Part shown: positions 63,128 to 64,000 of the stretch, piece by piece
Position numbering within the stretch: position 1 is the stretch's first letter
Layout: each line of letters begins with the position of its first letter
Assembly: GCF_006345805.1 (NCBI RefSeq)
Contig: NC_043002.1
Coordinates: forward strand, 50,530,001 to 50,594,000
Source of the DNA: Octopus sinensis
Lineage: Eukaryota
Length of the DNA stretch: 64,000 nt
Direction of reading: 5' to 3'
The notes under the pieces: generated by a model
Seen by the model: only the letters and a program-made list of their open reading frames with translations
What the model was told of the DNA's origin: nothing
Databases searched by the model: none
Translations under genes and position numbers: made by a program

Positions 63128-63854
63128 GTGTGGTGTGTGTGTGTGTGTGTGTGTGTTGTGTGTGTGTGTGGGTATCCAAACTTTCGGATAGTCCTTCAGT
63201 TTAAAATGTTTCAATTTGTACGCACAAGTTCGCAGAAATGTGTTTAATATGTGAAATTGCTATATCCAATTGTGTTGCGCCGCTAGTCAAAGTGGGTCTT
63301 TAAGTGATGTGTTTGTGGATAGTTAATGGTTTGAATGTGGTGTTGAAGAAAGGGTGTATATGCATATACACCCATTTTCTATTTTCCTATTTTCGATCGC
63401 ATTGCTTACAAAAACGTATTCGTATACCAAACGTTGTAACTTTCAGTGCTGACTCTAATTTCTGTAGAAAATCTGTAGAGATAACTTTAAAAAGTGATTA
63501 TATAGCACTGCTAACACAGAGAGTACACATTATTGACTTATAATAAAGCATTTAATATACTTGGGAATATATGCTTGCATAACCAAAAATTCAGGGTCCT
63601 ACCAGCAATTAATATATACTAGATGGATCCGTGAAAAATTCACGGAAAATATAAAAAATGTAAGCATCTGTAAATTGTATGCTGGTGCCATGAGAAATCC
63701 CTTAGTGGATGACGATATGTGCGTCTCTGATCAGGACCAGACGTACTGGGGGAGTGTCTTGCCGTGTGTTGAGAGGAATTCTTTGGGGTCTGGATAATTC
63801 ACCTTTGGAAACAAGGGTGTTTTGTCCAACATCCTTAAACAGCCCTTGTTTAAC

Positions 63855-64000
63855 ATGGAAGTTTCCAAAGAGCATTTGTGGCACATAATGCTTTATGAGT
63901 ACAAAAAAAAAAAGAAACCCTGCAGCCGAAGCGACTCGAAACATACAGTCAGTTTATGGCAAAGAATGCTTGAATGAAAGAACTTGAAGAAGATGGTTTG
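63855..64000 (+). mobile_element. Mariner transposase N-terminus (Mos1-like HTH), frameshifted, runs off the window end
   Basis: MEVSKEHLWHIMLYEYKK / AAEATRNIQSVYGKECLNERT*RRWF is a classic mariner N-terminal helix-turn-helix. Confidence 0.85.

Noticed and set aside
63352-63373. Perfect 22-bp palindrome GGGTGTATATGCATATACACCC
   Set aside because: Largely composed of TA/CA dinucleotide sequence common in this window; no supporting context.

Overview
AT-rich, extremely microsatellite-dense eukaryotic DNA with one 100-N gap (11255-11354). The tRNA-headed SINE families and repeat landscape look like an octopod (Octopus-type) genome; this is inferred from repeat style, not proven. No host protein-coding gene can be called with confidence, and nearly all supplied ORFs are microsatellite artefacts. 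The window reads as intronic or intergenic DNA built from: several tRNA-derived SINE families; fragments of Penelope-like (GIY-YIG), R4/Dong-type (RLE), RTE, Tx1/L1-like and L2/CR1-group retroelements; an internally deleted Gypsy LTR element; Tc1/mariner relics; a Tigger-type MITE; and a Helitron-like element. The most striking unexplained pattern is about a dozen type I hammerhead-ribozyme (HHR)-like motifs from several unrelated repeat families. Three or four have intact catalytic cores, and many sit in head-to-head fold-back insertions. One Penelope family carries a full-length tRNA-like module 20 nt after its stop codon, just upstream of its hammerhead. The same module also occurs alone at 25.2 kb as a SINE-like unit.
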